A stretch of 64,000 nt of DNA, from assembly GCA_030141605.1 (NCBI GenBank), contig JAQGDQ010000398.1:149415-213414 (forward strand), in the 5' to 3' direction. Every line of letters begins with the position of its first letter. Position 1 is the stretch's first letter. Source of the DNA: Tubiluchus corallicola (Eukaryota > Animalia > Priapulida). Under the pieces are notes generated by a model. The model was not told where the DNA came from. It did no database searches and saw only the letters and a list, made by a program, of their open reading frames with translations. A program made the translations under genes and the position numbers. Shown here one piece after another: positions 11,690 to 24,566 of the stretch.

Positions 11690-12125
11690 CCATGCTGCCC
11701 TGTCACCCGCAACGCCCATGTCTCTGTATTTTTGATATGTAATGGCGTGTTGATAAGATATTTTTAGATGAAATTGATGTACGTCAGCAGTTGTCCTCCT
11801 TGTGGTTTCTTTTCTTTCTGCAGTGCTTCTTTCAAGCCTAATTTTAACAGTGTGTATCTGGTAGTCATATAACGTGTCCCATCCATCTTATTCTTCTTTT
11901 GATTTTTACTGTCCATTCCTCTGCCTTGACTTTATTGTACAGATCCTGGTTTGGTATTTTCTTCAGGCATTTTATTCCTAGAATGTTCCTGTAGTTTTGT
12001 TCTTTGAAGTACATCGATTTCTGACTTGTAATGTACTTTGATTGTCCACAATTCTGAGTTGTTCAGAAACACAGTTTCCACAAGTGCAGCAAATATTCTT
12101 AATTTTGTTAAAGTTGCTTGTGCAT
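11690..12125 (-). mobile_element. RTE-clade LINE 3' fragment (decayed)
   Basis: Minus strand TKLRIFAALVETVFLNNSELWT..IDVLQR, KIKRRIRWMGHVI and AGDRAAW match the RTE C-terminal pattern. Confidence 0.75.
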
Positions 12126-13816
12126 GGTTGTAGTAGGAATAATTATAGTGCATAATCTGTGCAGTTTTTAAACTTAATGTTGTTAATAATCATAGCTCTG
12201 TTGGAATGGCTTGGTATTTTTTGTAAGTAAATAATGAATCAATGCAAGGAATTTTAACTGCTAATATGCCAGATTTAGCTGGATATTGTCAACTCTGTGT
12301 TATACTCTAGGATAAAGCATGGAAGAGCATATAAGTTGAGCTGGGTCACTCAGTCACTGTTAGGTCACTAAATCATGCGAAGTTGTCCTGTTCTATCTGT
12401 GTTTTTGCTGTTTTAAGTTTTGCTATAAGTGTTTGTTATAGTGCATTTTACAACTCTTTCAAGCTATCATTAATTATTAATGCCTTCTATTGACGTTTAG
12501 TTAGTCTTGTAATGATACGTACTGCCTAGTAAACTGTTTTGTGAAACTTTTACACAATGTTTGGCAATGACAATAGCTACGCTGTAGAACTAACTTGAAA
12601 TGCACCTATACATATTTAAAAATTTACAAAAATGGAAACATTGTATAGCAGCCTTTTATAAAATATTGCGTGTTGTTGCAATGGCAAAGCTAAATGATTA
12701 TAACGAAAAATAAAGATCTTACTGGCATGTCTTACATCTTGTTTGATGCAAACTATGTTAATGATTGTAAATTTGTATGATAATCATAGTAACCCAGTGA
12801 AAACCTAATTCTACTTTAACTTACTTGTGATGTGACCTGAGAAATGACACCATCTATTGGGAATTACTGAAAACTTTCCTAAAGTATTTCTGCCTTTAAA
12901 CGTTCTACTTTATTTATTGGGGATTTTGGCTTGTTAAGATTATTATAATATTTGGGTGCGTGATTTTCTTAAACAAGAGTATAGAGAATTTTTGTACTAT
13001 AAATACTTGCTGCCTGTCTCACACAATATTTTATTTTAATTATCTGCGATGGTTATTCATTTAATAAAGAAGTTCCTATATAAGAAATTGTACGAAAAGA
13101 ACTTTTAAGCAAAATTTGAGTCTAAGATCACCTTTATGACAGCTCTGGTGGATGGGAAGTCATCAAAACTAATAAATTGAAAATTTAAGCAAAATGTTTC
13201 GCTTTTAATAATGAATTTCACCTAAGATGTTGAAATATTATTACCATTTTTTATTTTGTTTGTACAACTTGCATTTAATTCCTGTGGGTTTGCATTGAAG
13301 TTTCAACTTTTTTATTAATCATATAATTTGAATTTATTTGGACGTTTTGTTAAATACGCAATTATAATAGCTGACTGTGATATAGTGAAAATTGGAGCTT
13401 ATGTGAAAAATATTTTATAACAGAATTTATATTTTGCTTTAAAATGCTATAAGAGTAATGTAGTTATATAGACATAAAGTTACCTCTGATTTTGTTTTCT
13501 TATTACTTTAGTGTAGAGTTGCTTTACAAATTTCTGTGACAAAAGATAAGCAAAAATATACTGCTTTATTTCGTTAATACGATGATTCATGAAACAAACG
13601 TTTTTATTAGCAAAATTCTCAAATATTTTTTCACACATCCCATTATTTCGTTAGCCTTTTAAAGGAAATTATGTATGCTGCCCAATAGATATTGCTATTA
13701 AATTAGCACATCAGTTTCACACTCGCAATGCTTTAAAGCAAAGCGTTCATCTGCATAATCTTAAACTTGAAAGATAATGTTATTCAAGACAAAATATAAA
13801 CAAAACGTTTTGCCTG

Positions 13817-14156
13817 AAGGTAAATTCGTGCTATTCTGAGACTTGTGGTTATCAGGTTTGCAATTTAATGGCTTTTCTTTTGGGTAGAAAACATTTAGAA
13901 CGTGCTTATCTCGAAATAAATTTGGCATAATACACTGGCTGGTACTACCGTTAGTAATTTCTTCTGACTTTGATACCATTGGTACAAATCTACTGACATT
14001 CTTTGGAAGCGAGGTTTCTTGTTCTCGTACTTCTATTGCATTCTGTGTCAGAAGCAAAGACGTTGCACTGCCACACAGAACGAACATGATGTTTTGCACA
14101 GTGTCAGCGCATCTGAGTTTTCTTAAGCACCTTCGGAATGCACCGGATAACTCCAT
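13817..14156 (-). CDS. Candidate first coding exon of a type II membrane protein, DUF229-like N-terminus
   Basis: ATG at 14156 follows a catttcAG; basic N-terminus, hydrophobic stretch, then CIMPNL...FY...PLNC resembling DUF229 N-termini; only a weak GC donor and no downstream exons identified. Confidence 0.35.
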
Positions 14157-14899
14157 CTCTGAAATGTTCAAATATAAAGCTTACGTTTCATTTTCTCTTG
14201 TTCCTCCTTTCGTTTTGATCTATGAACAATACAGTGTATATATATATCTGTATATATGGGATGTCTCAAAAGTCGCTATACGCTTTGACTTTTAATTTTC
14301 CTTTTTTAAAATTTTTCTCCAATCTCGGCAAGCTCTTACGCGAGCGTACTACCATTGAACTGCGTCAGCCAGACTAACTAAACTACGCCGTTATAAATAC
14401 TAGCTGTCTTTGGCCACGTATATACGTATTGTGATAAGATATGAAGCAATTCAGATAGCTAAGATTGATCTGCAAGAGCAACGATAACCGAACGAACGGA
14501 CTGACTTAGACTGAGTTTTTCACATAACTTCTTCCGGCCACATATGCCAAATTACACAAACTTTTAAAACTAGGTCTTTCATACCTATAACACATACAAT
14601 GTATATGTACACTTCAACAGGGATATGTGTCTGTATAGATTTCGTCATGGAAAGATAAGTAAGCACTATCAGGGTATATAGAGATTAAAACACCACAGCA
14701 TGATACAGAATTACCACATAAATGATACAGAATTACCATGTAAATGATGCTTTCTTAAGGCTAAGCAAATTTAAAGTTTTGAAAAACATCTTTTTCAGTC
14801 TAATCTCTTTAATTAATAGATGTCTATTTCGTCACAATGCAGTTAGTTGCTGACGGTTCAAAAAATTCTTTGAGAAATAATATTATTCTTTCAAAAAAA

Positions 14900-15160
14900 C
14901 TTATAAGAAACAAAATTTGTACATAAAAACGTGCCAGGAAGATTAAACGCAAAAGGCTTAAATGGGTGGATCATGCTCTAAAGTTACCAGAAGATAGTCC
15001 ACTTCCTAAAGCTTTCCTTGAATCAATTCTACTACCAAAAAGATCAAGAGACCATGTACAGATTACGTACTTGGGTAAATTTCCCTAAAAAATATCTCAA
15101 TGGATCCCCTTAAACTCGGAAAGATAATTCATCTTGGAGAAGAGCCAAGGAAGGTTAACA
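14900..15160 (+). mobile_element. RTE-clade LINE C-terminal fragment (decayed)
   Basis: KIKRKRLKWVDHALKLPEDSPLPKAFLES matches the RTE RRLxWxGHxxRL motif. Confidence 0.65.
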
Positions 15161-15391
15161 ATATTATGTCTTTCCACGAATGAAATCAATACAATGGAAT
15201 GATGATTATGCTGTCACAAGCAAATAATAAATAATTCTCAGAAATGGAGAAAATTAAACAGTGGGTTATATCTCTTGAAACAATACAAGTTAGCACATTT
15301 GTATCTGTCTTTGGTCAATCATTCTAATTACTTTAATCAAAGTGTCTCAGGTAGCTACTGCAGTTTAATGTTGTTTAAATGAGACGCAAAG

Positions 15392-15739
15392 ATGTACGGC
15401 AATTTCATTTCATTTACTGCATCATTGTTTCTTACTGCCTCATTTGACATTGTGTTTTGCGAATCGCTTCCAACCACCTGGACTCCAACTATTGTCATAT
15501 CCCCGTGTAACCCTGTTGAAGATCGTCCGCAGATCTGCTCTTTCGAAGTAGTAACAGAAGGGCACAGAGAAGACATTCAACATTTTTGTCGTATCTGGTG
15601 CGGTGTTAATGAATCGCTTGATTTGGACACGAAATTGTACATTTGCAGACGGGAGGGCATCAAAACACGTCCGTCTCGAGAGAAGCCTACTGAGCCACTC
15701 GAGTGGAATATACTTGAGAATATATACAATCACTCTTAG
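15392..15739 (+). CDS. Candidate small secreted Cys-containing protein, 115 aa, no recognisable family
   Basis: caaagATG start context, signal-peptide-like N-terminus ending ...VFC/ES, five further Cys, locally higher GC; no homology recognised. Confidence 0.3.
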   Translation: MYGNFISFTASLFLTASFDIVFCESLPTTWTPTIVISPCNPVEDRPQICSFEVVTEGHREDIQHFCRIWCGVNESLDLDTKLYICRREGIKTRPSREKPTEPLEWNILENIYNHS

Positions 15740-16379
15740 GCCTATTTCTAACACAATTGATCTGCTTTCTGGACATGATGCTTAATAAGCGGCCTTAATT
15801 TACAACTGTAGCCGTAAATGAGAATCAGAGGTTCTCATTAACCATTAATGGCAGTGTCTTCATGTGTTTTATATGGCCGCTTATCATTGTTGGTTTTATA
15901 AGTTCAGTACATAGAGCACCAAATAATAGATAAAAAACCGCATTTATGTATTTATTTATTTGATTATTTTTCATTTAATTATTTATTTTGTATTGCGGCC
16001 GCAATACAAATAAACATAACAAAAAATAAAATGAAATTCAAATGACAATAAAAATAGAAGCTATCAATTTTTTGCACTATTTACGGAATTGACATGCGGT
16101 TAAAACACGTACAGTAAAATTGCTTATATGTCGATATTAAATTTCGAAAATTTAATCAAAATTGACAAGTTTTAGCCTTTTTTTAAAAGAGAAATTATTT
16201 TATTGACCAAGTGTTCTTCATTTACAGATGAGGATAGTACGTTCCATATCTTGACAACACTATTTCTAAAAAATATTTTAAATAATCTGTTCAGCAAATT
16301 TAACAAAGTATTTTTATGACTTCTTGCGGCAGAAGAAGCATGAATAAAAATGCGTTAAAATTTGCGTCCTAATTCATTA

Positions 16380-19300
16380 CCAGATTCTTATCGAAAACTG
16401 ATACATACATGTCTAACATTACTGTACACAAAGATTTAGTCAAAACACTATTAAGTAACGTCAATACGAGCAAATCTGTAGGTCCTGATGGAATAAGCAA
16501 CAAAGTACTTAAGCTTTGTGCAGATTCATTATCAAGCCTATTAACCCGACTGTTTAACTTGTCATTACAGTCAGGTCATTTTCCTAGCTTGTGGAAAGTT
16601 GCAAATGTCTGCCCCATACACAAAGGCGGAGATAGACAGCTCGTTTCGAACTGCAGACCCGTGGCGATACTTTCATGTATGTCCAAGATTCTAGAACGCG
16701 TTGTCTTTAATCAGATGTATAACTACTTTGCTATTGATAATAACTTATTGACGGAAAAGAACTCGGGGTTTAAATCAAACGATAACACAATCAACCAGCT
16801 AGCTTCAATCGTTCACAATTTGTATACAAGTTTAGACGACGGTGCTGAAATCTGTAGCGTTTTTCTGGACATCAGTAAAGCTTTTGATAAGGTGTGGCAT
16901 GTGGGCTTGATATTCAAATTAAAGCAGTATGGAGTAAGTGGCCAACTTCTGTTTTGGCTATCATCTTACCTTCGAAACCGAACACAAAGAGTAACACTAA
17001 ACGGTAATACATCTGATGCGAAGTCACTTTTATCTAACGTCCCCCAAGGTTCTATCTTAGGTCCCCTTCTATGTTTAGTGTATGCTAATGATATTACAGA
17101 AGACATTCAATCTGATATTCGCCTTTTTGCAGACGATACGGTTTTAATGGATTCGTTTAAGGATGACCCACATACATCAGCAAATCGCTTAAAGGCAGAT
17201 CTCAGAATAATTGAAAACTGGGCCAAACGTTGGTTGGTTAAATTTAATCCTAATAAGACCGAAGTCATGGTTTCTCCCGTAAATCCAATGCTCCTCAATA
17301 TTCTACTCTGTATTTATCTAATACTCCACTGAAAACAGTAAATGTTCACAAACACTTAGGTATCCATCTTACATCTGATCTGAACTGGAACTATCACGTC
17401 TCAAAAATGGTAGACAAAGCAAATCTAAAGCTAAACAACTTTCGACGCGTGTCAGTTAAAATGCCCAGAGCTACGCGGGAACGATAATTCATTACGACTA
17501 TCCTCCCTGCCATCAAATACGGTAACGTAGTATGGTCCGGATACAGTGAAAACGTTTATTAGAAAATATTCAGCTAACTGCTGCTAGAATCTGTTCTGGC
17601 GCTATGTTTCGATCTTCCCCTGCAAGTATCTTGTATGATAGCGGCTTCACTAAATTAGTGACGCGCTTCCATTATCGTCGTCTATGTCTTTTTTTCAAAA
17701 TAATCAATGACTTAGCGCCCCACTATTTAAGTACAATTCTGCCGCCAAAGGTAAACGAAGTTACCCCCTATTATATATGCGGTGGTACTAAATACAGAAA
17801 TTTTAATTGCCGTTCTGTTAGCTGTGAAAAATCGTTTTTCATATCGACCATTAATATGTGGAACAACTTACCACAGAACGTTCGTGAAATTACATCCATT
17901 CACAATTCAAACAAGAGCTCAAATCTCATTTAAGTTTTTCGTTGCGTAAGAAACATTTTTCAATTGGTGTAACCTCCAATATGTTATGAATAAATTTCGA
18001 AATCATGAATTAAGTGATTAATTAATGGAGTTATCAACTTCATTACATTATGTTGATAAAGAGACCTCCTAATTGGATTAGATAAATTTATTGAAAGATT
18101 ATGGGAACTCACTTAGCTGGTTAAAGCACATATTTAATGCGAGGCAAGAAATTATCGTCACAGAGTTTGTGTTTACAAGGAATAGAACAGGTGTTCATTT
18201 AGAGAGTAAAAGTTTGTCACAGGTGTTTATTTAAGAGAGCGTAGAAATTGCAGGTGTTTAGTTTAGAGGAAGCGAAGCTTATTTTTATAACATTGCGTGG
18301 TTAGATAATAAGCCTCATGTAATGTTATGCGGAGTTGTCGAACTATAATTGAGAAGAAGCAGAAAGTGGTTCCTTTCTTGAACGAGAGTTTATAACCCAA
18401 GCGACGCAATGAACAATCTCTCGGGTTGATGAAGTGAAGGACAAGGCGAGTAGCGGTGTTTTTCTCATGTAAGAAGCTACGTTACCTGCCATCTGGATGG
18501 TCATAAACCACCAAGCCAAGAACGTAACCTTTGAACTATTGCGACGCGTTGCGGCGTTAGCGCGCAATGTTACGAAACTCTATTAGAGTATATAAGATGG
18601 TGTTTTGGAAGAACACGTGGCTAGTCGTTTGCGGAACACGTTGCTAGTCGGATGTGAATCGAACGTGAGTGAGTTCGTCAGTCAGAGAGAAGGGAGAAGA
18701 TCAAGTCTGGAGAGGCTACAGGAGTTCTGAGAGAAGCAAAGACACGTTAGACCCAGCGTAGACAACAATCTGCGTCCTCAACGACTTGAGCACTGGATCT
18801 GCGAATAGAGTCTTGCAGCGGAATTGGATTTGACCAATTGAACAGTTGTCATTGGTCATTCCACCAAGTTAAGTGATCTTAACATATCGTAACTTGAGAG
18901 CAACTCTGCATAGTAGTAAATCACAGTAATAGACACCTTAAGTGTAACGTGTAGTCGATTGTAATTGCATACTTCACATTGTAATAAGCACCTTAAGTGC
19001 GAAGCAAGGAAATAGTTAAGTGAATCGGATTAGTGTCTCTTGCAGCTAATTATTAATTGTGAGCGTCTTTGGCGATTAAGATCAAACATTGTAAAATTAG
19101 TTGACTAAGAGTAATTGTTGTAAAACAATAAACGGATTTCACTTTAACTTAAAGGAATAGTTTGTGTATGCTTATAGGTGTTTCAGTTAAGCAACATTAA
19201 ATTCTGTAAACGAATCTGAAGATTTGCTGTGTACATTAAGTTAATTTACAAGTTCAATTGCGGGAACTTTTGCTAGTAAGCTTTAGAGATAAATACTCTA

Positions 19301-20165
19301 ATCACAACGTGGAGTCATAGAAACAGTCTTGTGGGAAGATATCACAGCTCTATAGACTTTATCTTAAGCTCTAGGAGCCAGGTTGTAAATAACGTTATAG
19401 CAATTAATGTAATAGAAGCGAATCACTCTTTAAATAAGTCGTGTGTCTCCTTAGGTCACGTGTTATACGATCACGAGCGAGAGATAAGAATCAATATTAA
19501 TTAGAGAGATTAATAATACATGATAACGAATACGATAATTGGTACTAGTGACCATGGTAAAGAGGAGAAACCGATAAATATCAGTGCATCATACGCGCAT
19601 GAGAATCGGATTTTCTCAGCTAAACTATGACCTTTTCTCTAAAGATAATAACGGTCATTCAATATTGCCGAATTGTAACTGTGGATTTCGATTTGAGTCT
19701 GTTTAACACTTTTTGTTGCACTGCCCATTGTATCAACAAACTAGGGCTGTTATGTTTGACAAATTAAGTGAAATAATTCTGCCTGAAAACCTTAATATAG
19801 CTGCCTTAGGAAGTAAGGATCTGTTGAAGTTGTTATTATTCGGAAAAGATGAATTTAATTATGTTGTTAATTGTGAAATATTCCAATGCGTACATGACTT
19901 TATGTTACGTACTAAACGCTTCCAGTAGTTTCTATCTGATATAAAATGCATCAGTCTTAAATAATCGTACATAAATACTTTCGAAACGTCATTTTCTTCT
20001 AATGTCTAATGTAATCTTGTAGTAAAACTTGTCAGCTTGTGTAGTTATAGTCAATTCTTACTGTAAATGTTCTTGTAAATAATGTATAAAATCTGTTGTG
20101 GTGAGGATCCTAAATCATGTTGTTCAAACTGTCTCATGCAATCCTATAATAAATTAAACTAACAA
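16380..20165 (+). mobile_element. CR1/L2-group LINE, 5'-truncated and frameshifted, interrupted by an LTR-like insertion at ~17968-19543
   Basis: RT motifs KSVGPDGI, FLDISKAFDKVWH, VPQGSILGPLL, LFADDT (16409-17332); continuation to NMWNNLP; C-terminal HTRMRIGFSQLN and LLHCPLY zinc-knuckle region resume at ~19570-19928; aataaattaaac tail near 20150. Confidence 0.9.
17968..19543 (+). mobile_element. LTR-like insertion (Gypsy-type LTR, ~1.6 kb) inside a LINE
   Basis: Non-coding block starting TGTAAC, with TATATAA near 18590, AATAAA near 19128 and internal short duplications; splits contiguous LINE coding sequence; AATTGGT at both junctions; right boundary ambiguous. Confidence 0.6.
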
Positions 20166-20394
20166 TACCTGTCCACCGATGCAAATATTTTAACTTGGTA
20201 TACTGTCAAGCCACTAATTGCTTTATTATCGGTTTTGAGAAAACAAACTTCGAAAACCTGTGAGTTCGGCGAACGAACCGGCGTAGTCATGTAGTTTATT
20301 TACATTGTTGTCGCTGTCAATGTTGTTTATATTAGTAGTGGTTGTTGTGGTTGACAACTGTCATTATTCGTGCTATTACTGCTAATTGCTTCTG

Positions 20395-20580
20395 CTACTG
20401 TAATAGTAGTAGTGGTAGTGGTAGTGGTAGTGGTAGTGGTAGTGGTAGTGGTAGTGGTAGTGGCAGTAGCAGTAGTAGTAGCAGTAGCAGCTGTTGTTGT
20501 TGTTGTTGTATTGTTGTTTATGTTGGGGTTGTGTTGCTTTGTTGTTGTTGCTGCTGCTGTCACTGTCTTTGTTGCTGTAT
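20395..20580. repeat. Compound microsatellite (GTAGTG)n/(GTA)n/(GTT)n
   Basis: Direct inspection. Confidence 0.95.
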
Positions 20581-20969
20581 GAAATGTAATATTTATCATT
20601 TGTTGTTGTTGCAACCATTGTATAAAACGTCTCTAATTTTTTCTTTCCTTTTTTATTTTTAAAAGTTTTAGTTTTTGCACTTTTACAATTGCTGTTCATA
20701 TGGAAATTATAAAAGAAAGAAAATTTCATAACTGATCGGAAAACTCTAAGTTCAATTCTGAGTTGGCTTTCCAAGATTTCTGCAACTAAATCTATTAATT
20801 ATATTTTTCCGTTAATTAAACTTTACAGTAAGTTATGAAATAGGTATAACACAGGTCAAAGGCACATACATGTGACTTATTGGAAAACATTCAAGATAAA
20901 ATAAATCCTTAGCTTATTAAGTTAAACAATTTGGACCTGCCTATTACTGCCACATTTAAATATGACGTT

Positions 20970-21468
20970 GCTGTGAATAAGTGAATAAGACTTAATGCGA
21001 AGAGTAAAGAGATGCTAGGAAAATGTATGATTAATAGTTCAGAAATAGGATTAATGATTCGATAACTGAATATGAGGGATATTTAGAAGGGAAGCCACGG
21101 CCACGCAGGAAGCCGACATTAAGGCGTGGTCGTCACGTGATTATCTCCACTAAGAATTCCAAATATGGAAATGGCCCTTCCGAGCCGTCTGTTGGGCGTC
21201 AATTATAGCGCATGCGCTGTCAGTCTGAAACCTGACGGAAGCCAAGTTAGTCAGGCTCTCAGATCTGGTCGGAAGGTCTCAGAGGCAAGGAGCAGATCAT
21301 GGGGGGCTGGCATAGCTATGACATGTATACTCTTATGTAATATATTATTGTGAAATAAATGTGTTAATCGTCATCAATTCAGATCTTATAGCTTTGTCAC
21401 CACCACACGTCAATAAACGGTTACTGCCACCTTCATAATCCATCAACAAGTACTAGCACTACACGACA
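20970..21468 (+). mobile_element. Solo LTR-like sequence related to 56438-56792
   Basis: GC-richer core, AATAAA, ends ...ACACGACA; shares blocks agatca.gggg..tggcat.a.ctat, aataaa.gtgt, atag.tttgtca with the 56.4-kb copy; left boundary uncertain. Confidence 0.55.
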
Positions 21469-21959
21469 CAGCCCATAAATTTTACTGAAGCATCTCGTAT
21501 ATTGAAGTAAGTAAAGTCAAAAATGTATATCGAAACAAAAGTTCATAGAACACGGAAAATATACATATAGCTCATAGAACATATTCTGAGGACAACCTAA
21601 ACTAACTTTGTCAGTTATGTTAAGCTGATGTACTTCGCTTTTTTATCTGAACACTATAATTTGCATATGCTCAGGTATACACACTCTGGTACATGTTATC
21701 ACGATACTGCATGAGGTTGTGCGAGACTTTCAGCCATTTAATTGGTCAAGGTTATTTCAAATCTAAATTTGCGACTTGACAGACTTAAAAACTCTACAAT
21801 TTTTAACAAGGTCACAGCAGACAAAAAGTCTATGCAAAGAGACCAAAATATGTTTCGTGAACAGCTCTATATTAAAAAACTTTCGATTGTTTGCCTTAAA
21901 AAATCGTCCAGAGAGTAGTAAAAGCAAAAAACAGCCTAGCTGATGATTTTTCCGGACGG

Positions 21960-22190
21960 AAGTTTTAAGATAAAAAATCATTTTCCAAATTTACCGCTGT
22001 GCTCATGCATGAGCTGTCAAACGTGTGTAGTTCATCACAAACTGACACATCTTAACAGGGAGGTACAGCATCCGGTTTTTATGTAATGCATTTCCGAGAT
22101 GCAGGTGCAAAAAATCGTCTAATTAGCGAGTGGTGAAATGCGTGAAAGTTGGGGCGAAATTTGTTTATGTGGTAATAATTCTTTCACGTT
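21960..22190 (+). repeat. Dispersed repeat, diverged copy 1 (inverted copy at 62710-62962)
   Basis: agttttaagataaaaa...ccaaatttaccgctgtgctcatgcatgagctgtcaaacgtgtg...ggtaataattctttca aligns to the reverse complement of 62710-62962. Confidence 0.85.
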
Positions 22191-22590
22191 AGTCATTCTT
22201 GAAAAAATAGTGTTTCCTTTCTATATTTTAAAGATTTTCTACGATTTGTTTTGGCCTACAGTTTCAGAATGGGTCTGGTTTTGCTGTAAGCAATGTCGCT
22301 TAGAGATAGTTTCCGTATGCTAAGTCTGAGAGTTCACTAATCAAACTTTTGCAAAAGATGTTCTATTATAATTTTTACATATTGGTCCAATATATACGAA
22401 AAAATAATATGCATTGAACCTAATGTGTAACCATTATATAGATATGTCTAAATATGCATTAATAAGCACAATGTGATTGAATAATACTGTAAAATATATT
22501 GTAATATTGCTAACACTATTAAGATGATTATTTTATTAAATTTCATCCCCCCAGATTGTCCCATATTTATTCAACGATATCTTTTTACAG

Positions 22591-22927
22591 AGCTTGTACC
22601 TTGTGACAGCTTAGGAGGTTTTGATCTCAGGTGGTCAGGGGTACCCATTCAACCGTTTGTGTATTTCACCAAAGCATATTTTCTTTCGAAGATGCAAGAT
22701 CCGACTACGGAATTTACATGGTGCAGGGTATGAATAGCCAACGATGTTTTAACTCTTCGTTATTAATTTTGGCTTCTTGCTCAATCGCTAATCTTTTCAG
22801 GTTTTGGCAGTTTTCCTGACGTTCCTAAACACAGGAGCTAATGGTCAATACAAGGGTGTAAATGATGTTGCGAAGCTTCCTCATCTTGCTTCGGAGGATA
22901 GGAAAGCTCACAAGGCTTTAGAAAACG
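22591..22927 (+). other. Candidate two-exon coding fragment (22591..22727, 22801..22927), unknown product
   Basis: Good tttacAG and tttcAG acceptors, GTatga and GTaaga donors, 73-bp intron, frame stays open across the join (...TWCR|VLAVFLTF...). Confidence 0.3.
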
Positions 22928-24566
22928 GTAAGAAAAATATGCCTTAATGACAAAGACCCCAATTGACTACAATTACTTTTCTTTTTGCTTTTTCTAAACA
23001 GTGATATAACAACTGACGTCAAGAATTCTCGTTGACTGCCCAATCAGCTTGCAAAATTTTTCACCTCCCTAAGAGTTTAATTAACGCCAGCGCTTTAGGG
23101 ACATTTAGCTGCAGCTGCGTATTGCCGGGCATCTAATACTTTTATGAAAAATGCTCAATGTCTCTCTTGAAGAATTTTCAAAACTTCTATAACGCACGTC
23201 GTTTAGAAAATACAGAATCAGTTTAATCGATTATAGGTTTGAAATCAGGGAAAAAAGTAGATCCGTGATGCAGATATCAATCAAGCTAAAATCAGCTCTC
23301 AAATCATCTCTCAGAAGAGACACGCGAGTTACTCATCAAGATTTTCGCGGCTTTGTCTAATATCTAATTCCATCCTTCTATTACAATGTGCATCGACACA
23401 AATGATGAACAAACATTTTCAATTTAGCAATGAGCCATTTTTGGTGTCTTTAGGAAAACATGAAACCTCATTTCATTTTGTCACCACAACATTTGAGTTT
23501 TTCATGCACTACAAAGCAAGTCAGTAGAAATCATGAAAAAACATTTTGATTTAGCAATGAGCCTTTTATGGTTTCTTTGGCAAAATATAAAACTACATTC
23601 CATTTTGATACCACTGCATTGGAGGTTTTTATATCTACATCAATAGCAAACCCTCTTAATTACGTTAATTACGTATCTAATGGACGTGGTACAGACACCC
23701 TCTGTCCTCTAATGAGAGTTTAACCCCTGATGAGTAAAGACATGTGCTGTTTCATGCTTATTTATTTCACAAATGTAGGCAGATTTACTTTCATATTTAA
23801 AATCATGTGTAAACGTCAGATATTACATATTTTTCACTTAATTTTGATTCGTACCAAGAAAGCAGAGATGACCCATATGAAATCTTCTTAAATATCTTAC
23901 TCTTTCGTGACGCGTATAAAGTTTTTACTCCATTGCATAAGCGAAAGCTTTTACTCAAGACTAAAGACAGAAGTTTATACTAAACTCTTTAGTAGATACT
24001 ACAGATCCCCCGTGATAGTAGTAAAAACTTTCTACTTCCCTTCAGATGATCAATCATTTGCTTTTACCAAACATCTTGCATTCTCTAAAGCATAGTAGAT
24101 GCTAAGATTGTCTTCAGCGTCTTCAAGGGGTTTCATTGTTTTTTGACCAGACGGTCTGCATTTTGTGACAAACCTGCTCAAAAATGTCTGAAGAGGAAGA
24201 CGTGAAAAAAACGGCTGAAGAAGATATGCAATTTTTTTGTCAAGTGGCTGAAAAGAAGAGGAAAATTCTTATTCAAAAGTCAATGTTATCTCGAAGCGGC
24301 GTGGTGTTAGGACGTAATTTTGTTGCTCTGATTGTCACTGTGTTTACTAAGTTTTTTGCTCAAACTAGTAATGGAAAGTTATATGTACATGTGCATAAAC
24401 GTATGCAGCACCTGAATATGTGAGAATTTTGGTGAAAATTCAAGTGGTTTTTGAATTATTAACGAAAAACTATTCAAAAATAGCAAAGGATTGGTGTGTA
24501 ATCTAGTCGACTGGAACTAGTACGACAACATCGTTACCTGTTAACCGTATACACACCGACGCATCA

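Noticed and set aside
20327-20774. Poly-Thr/Val/Ser-Gly/His-Tyr ORFs
   Set aside because: Microsatellite translations.
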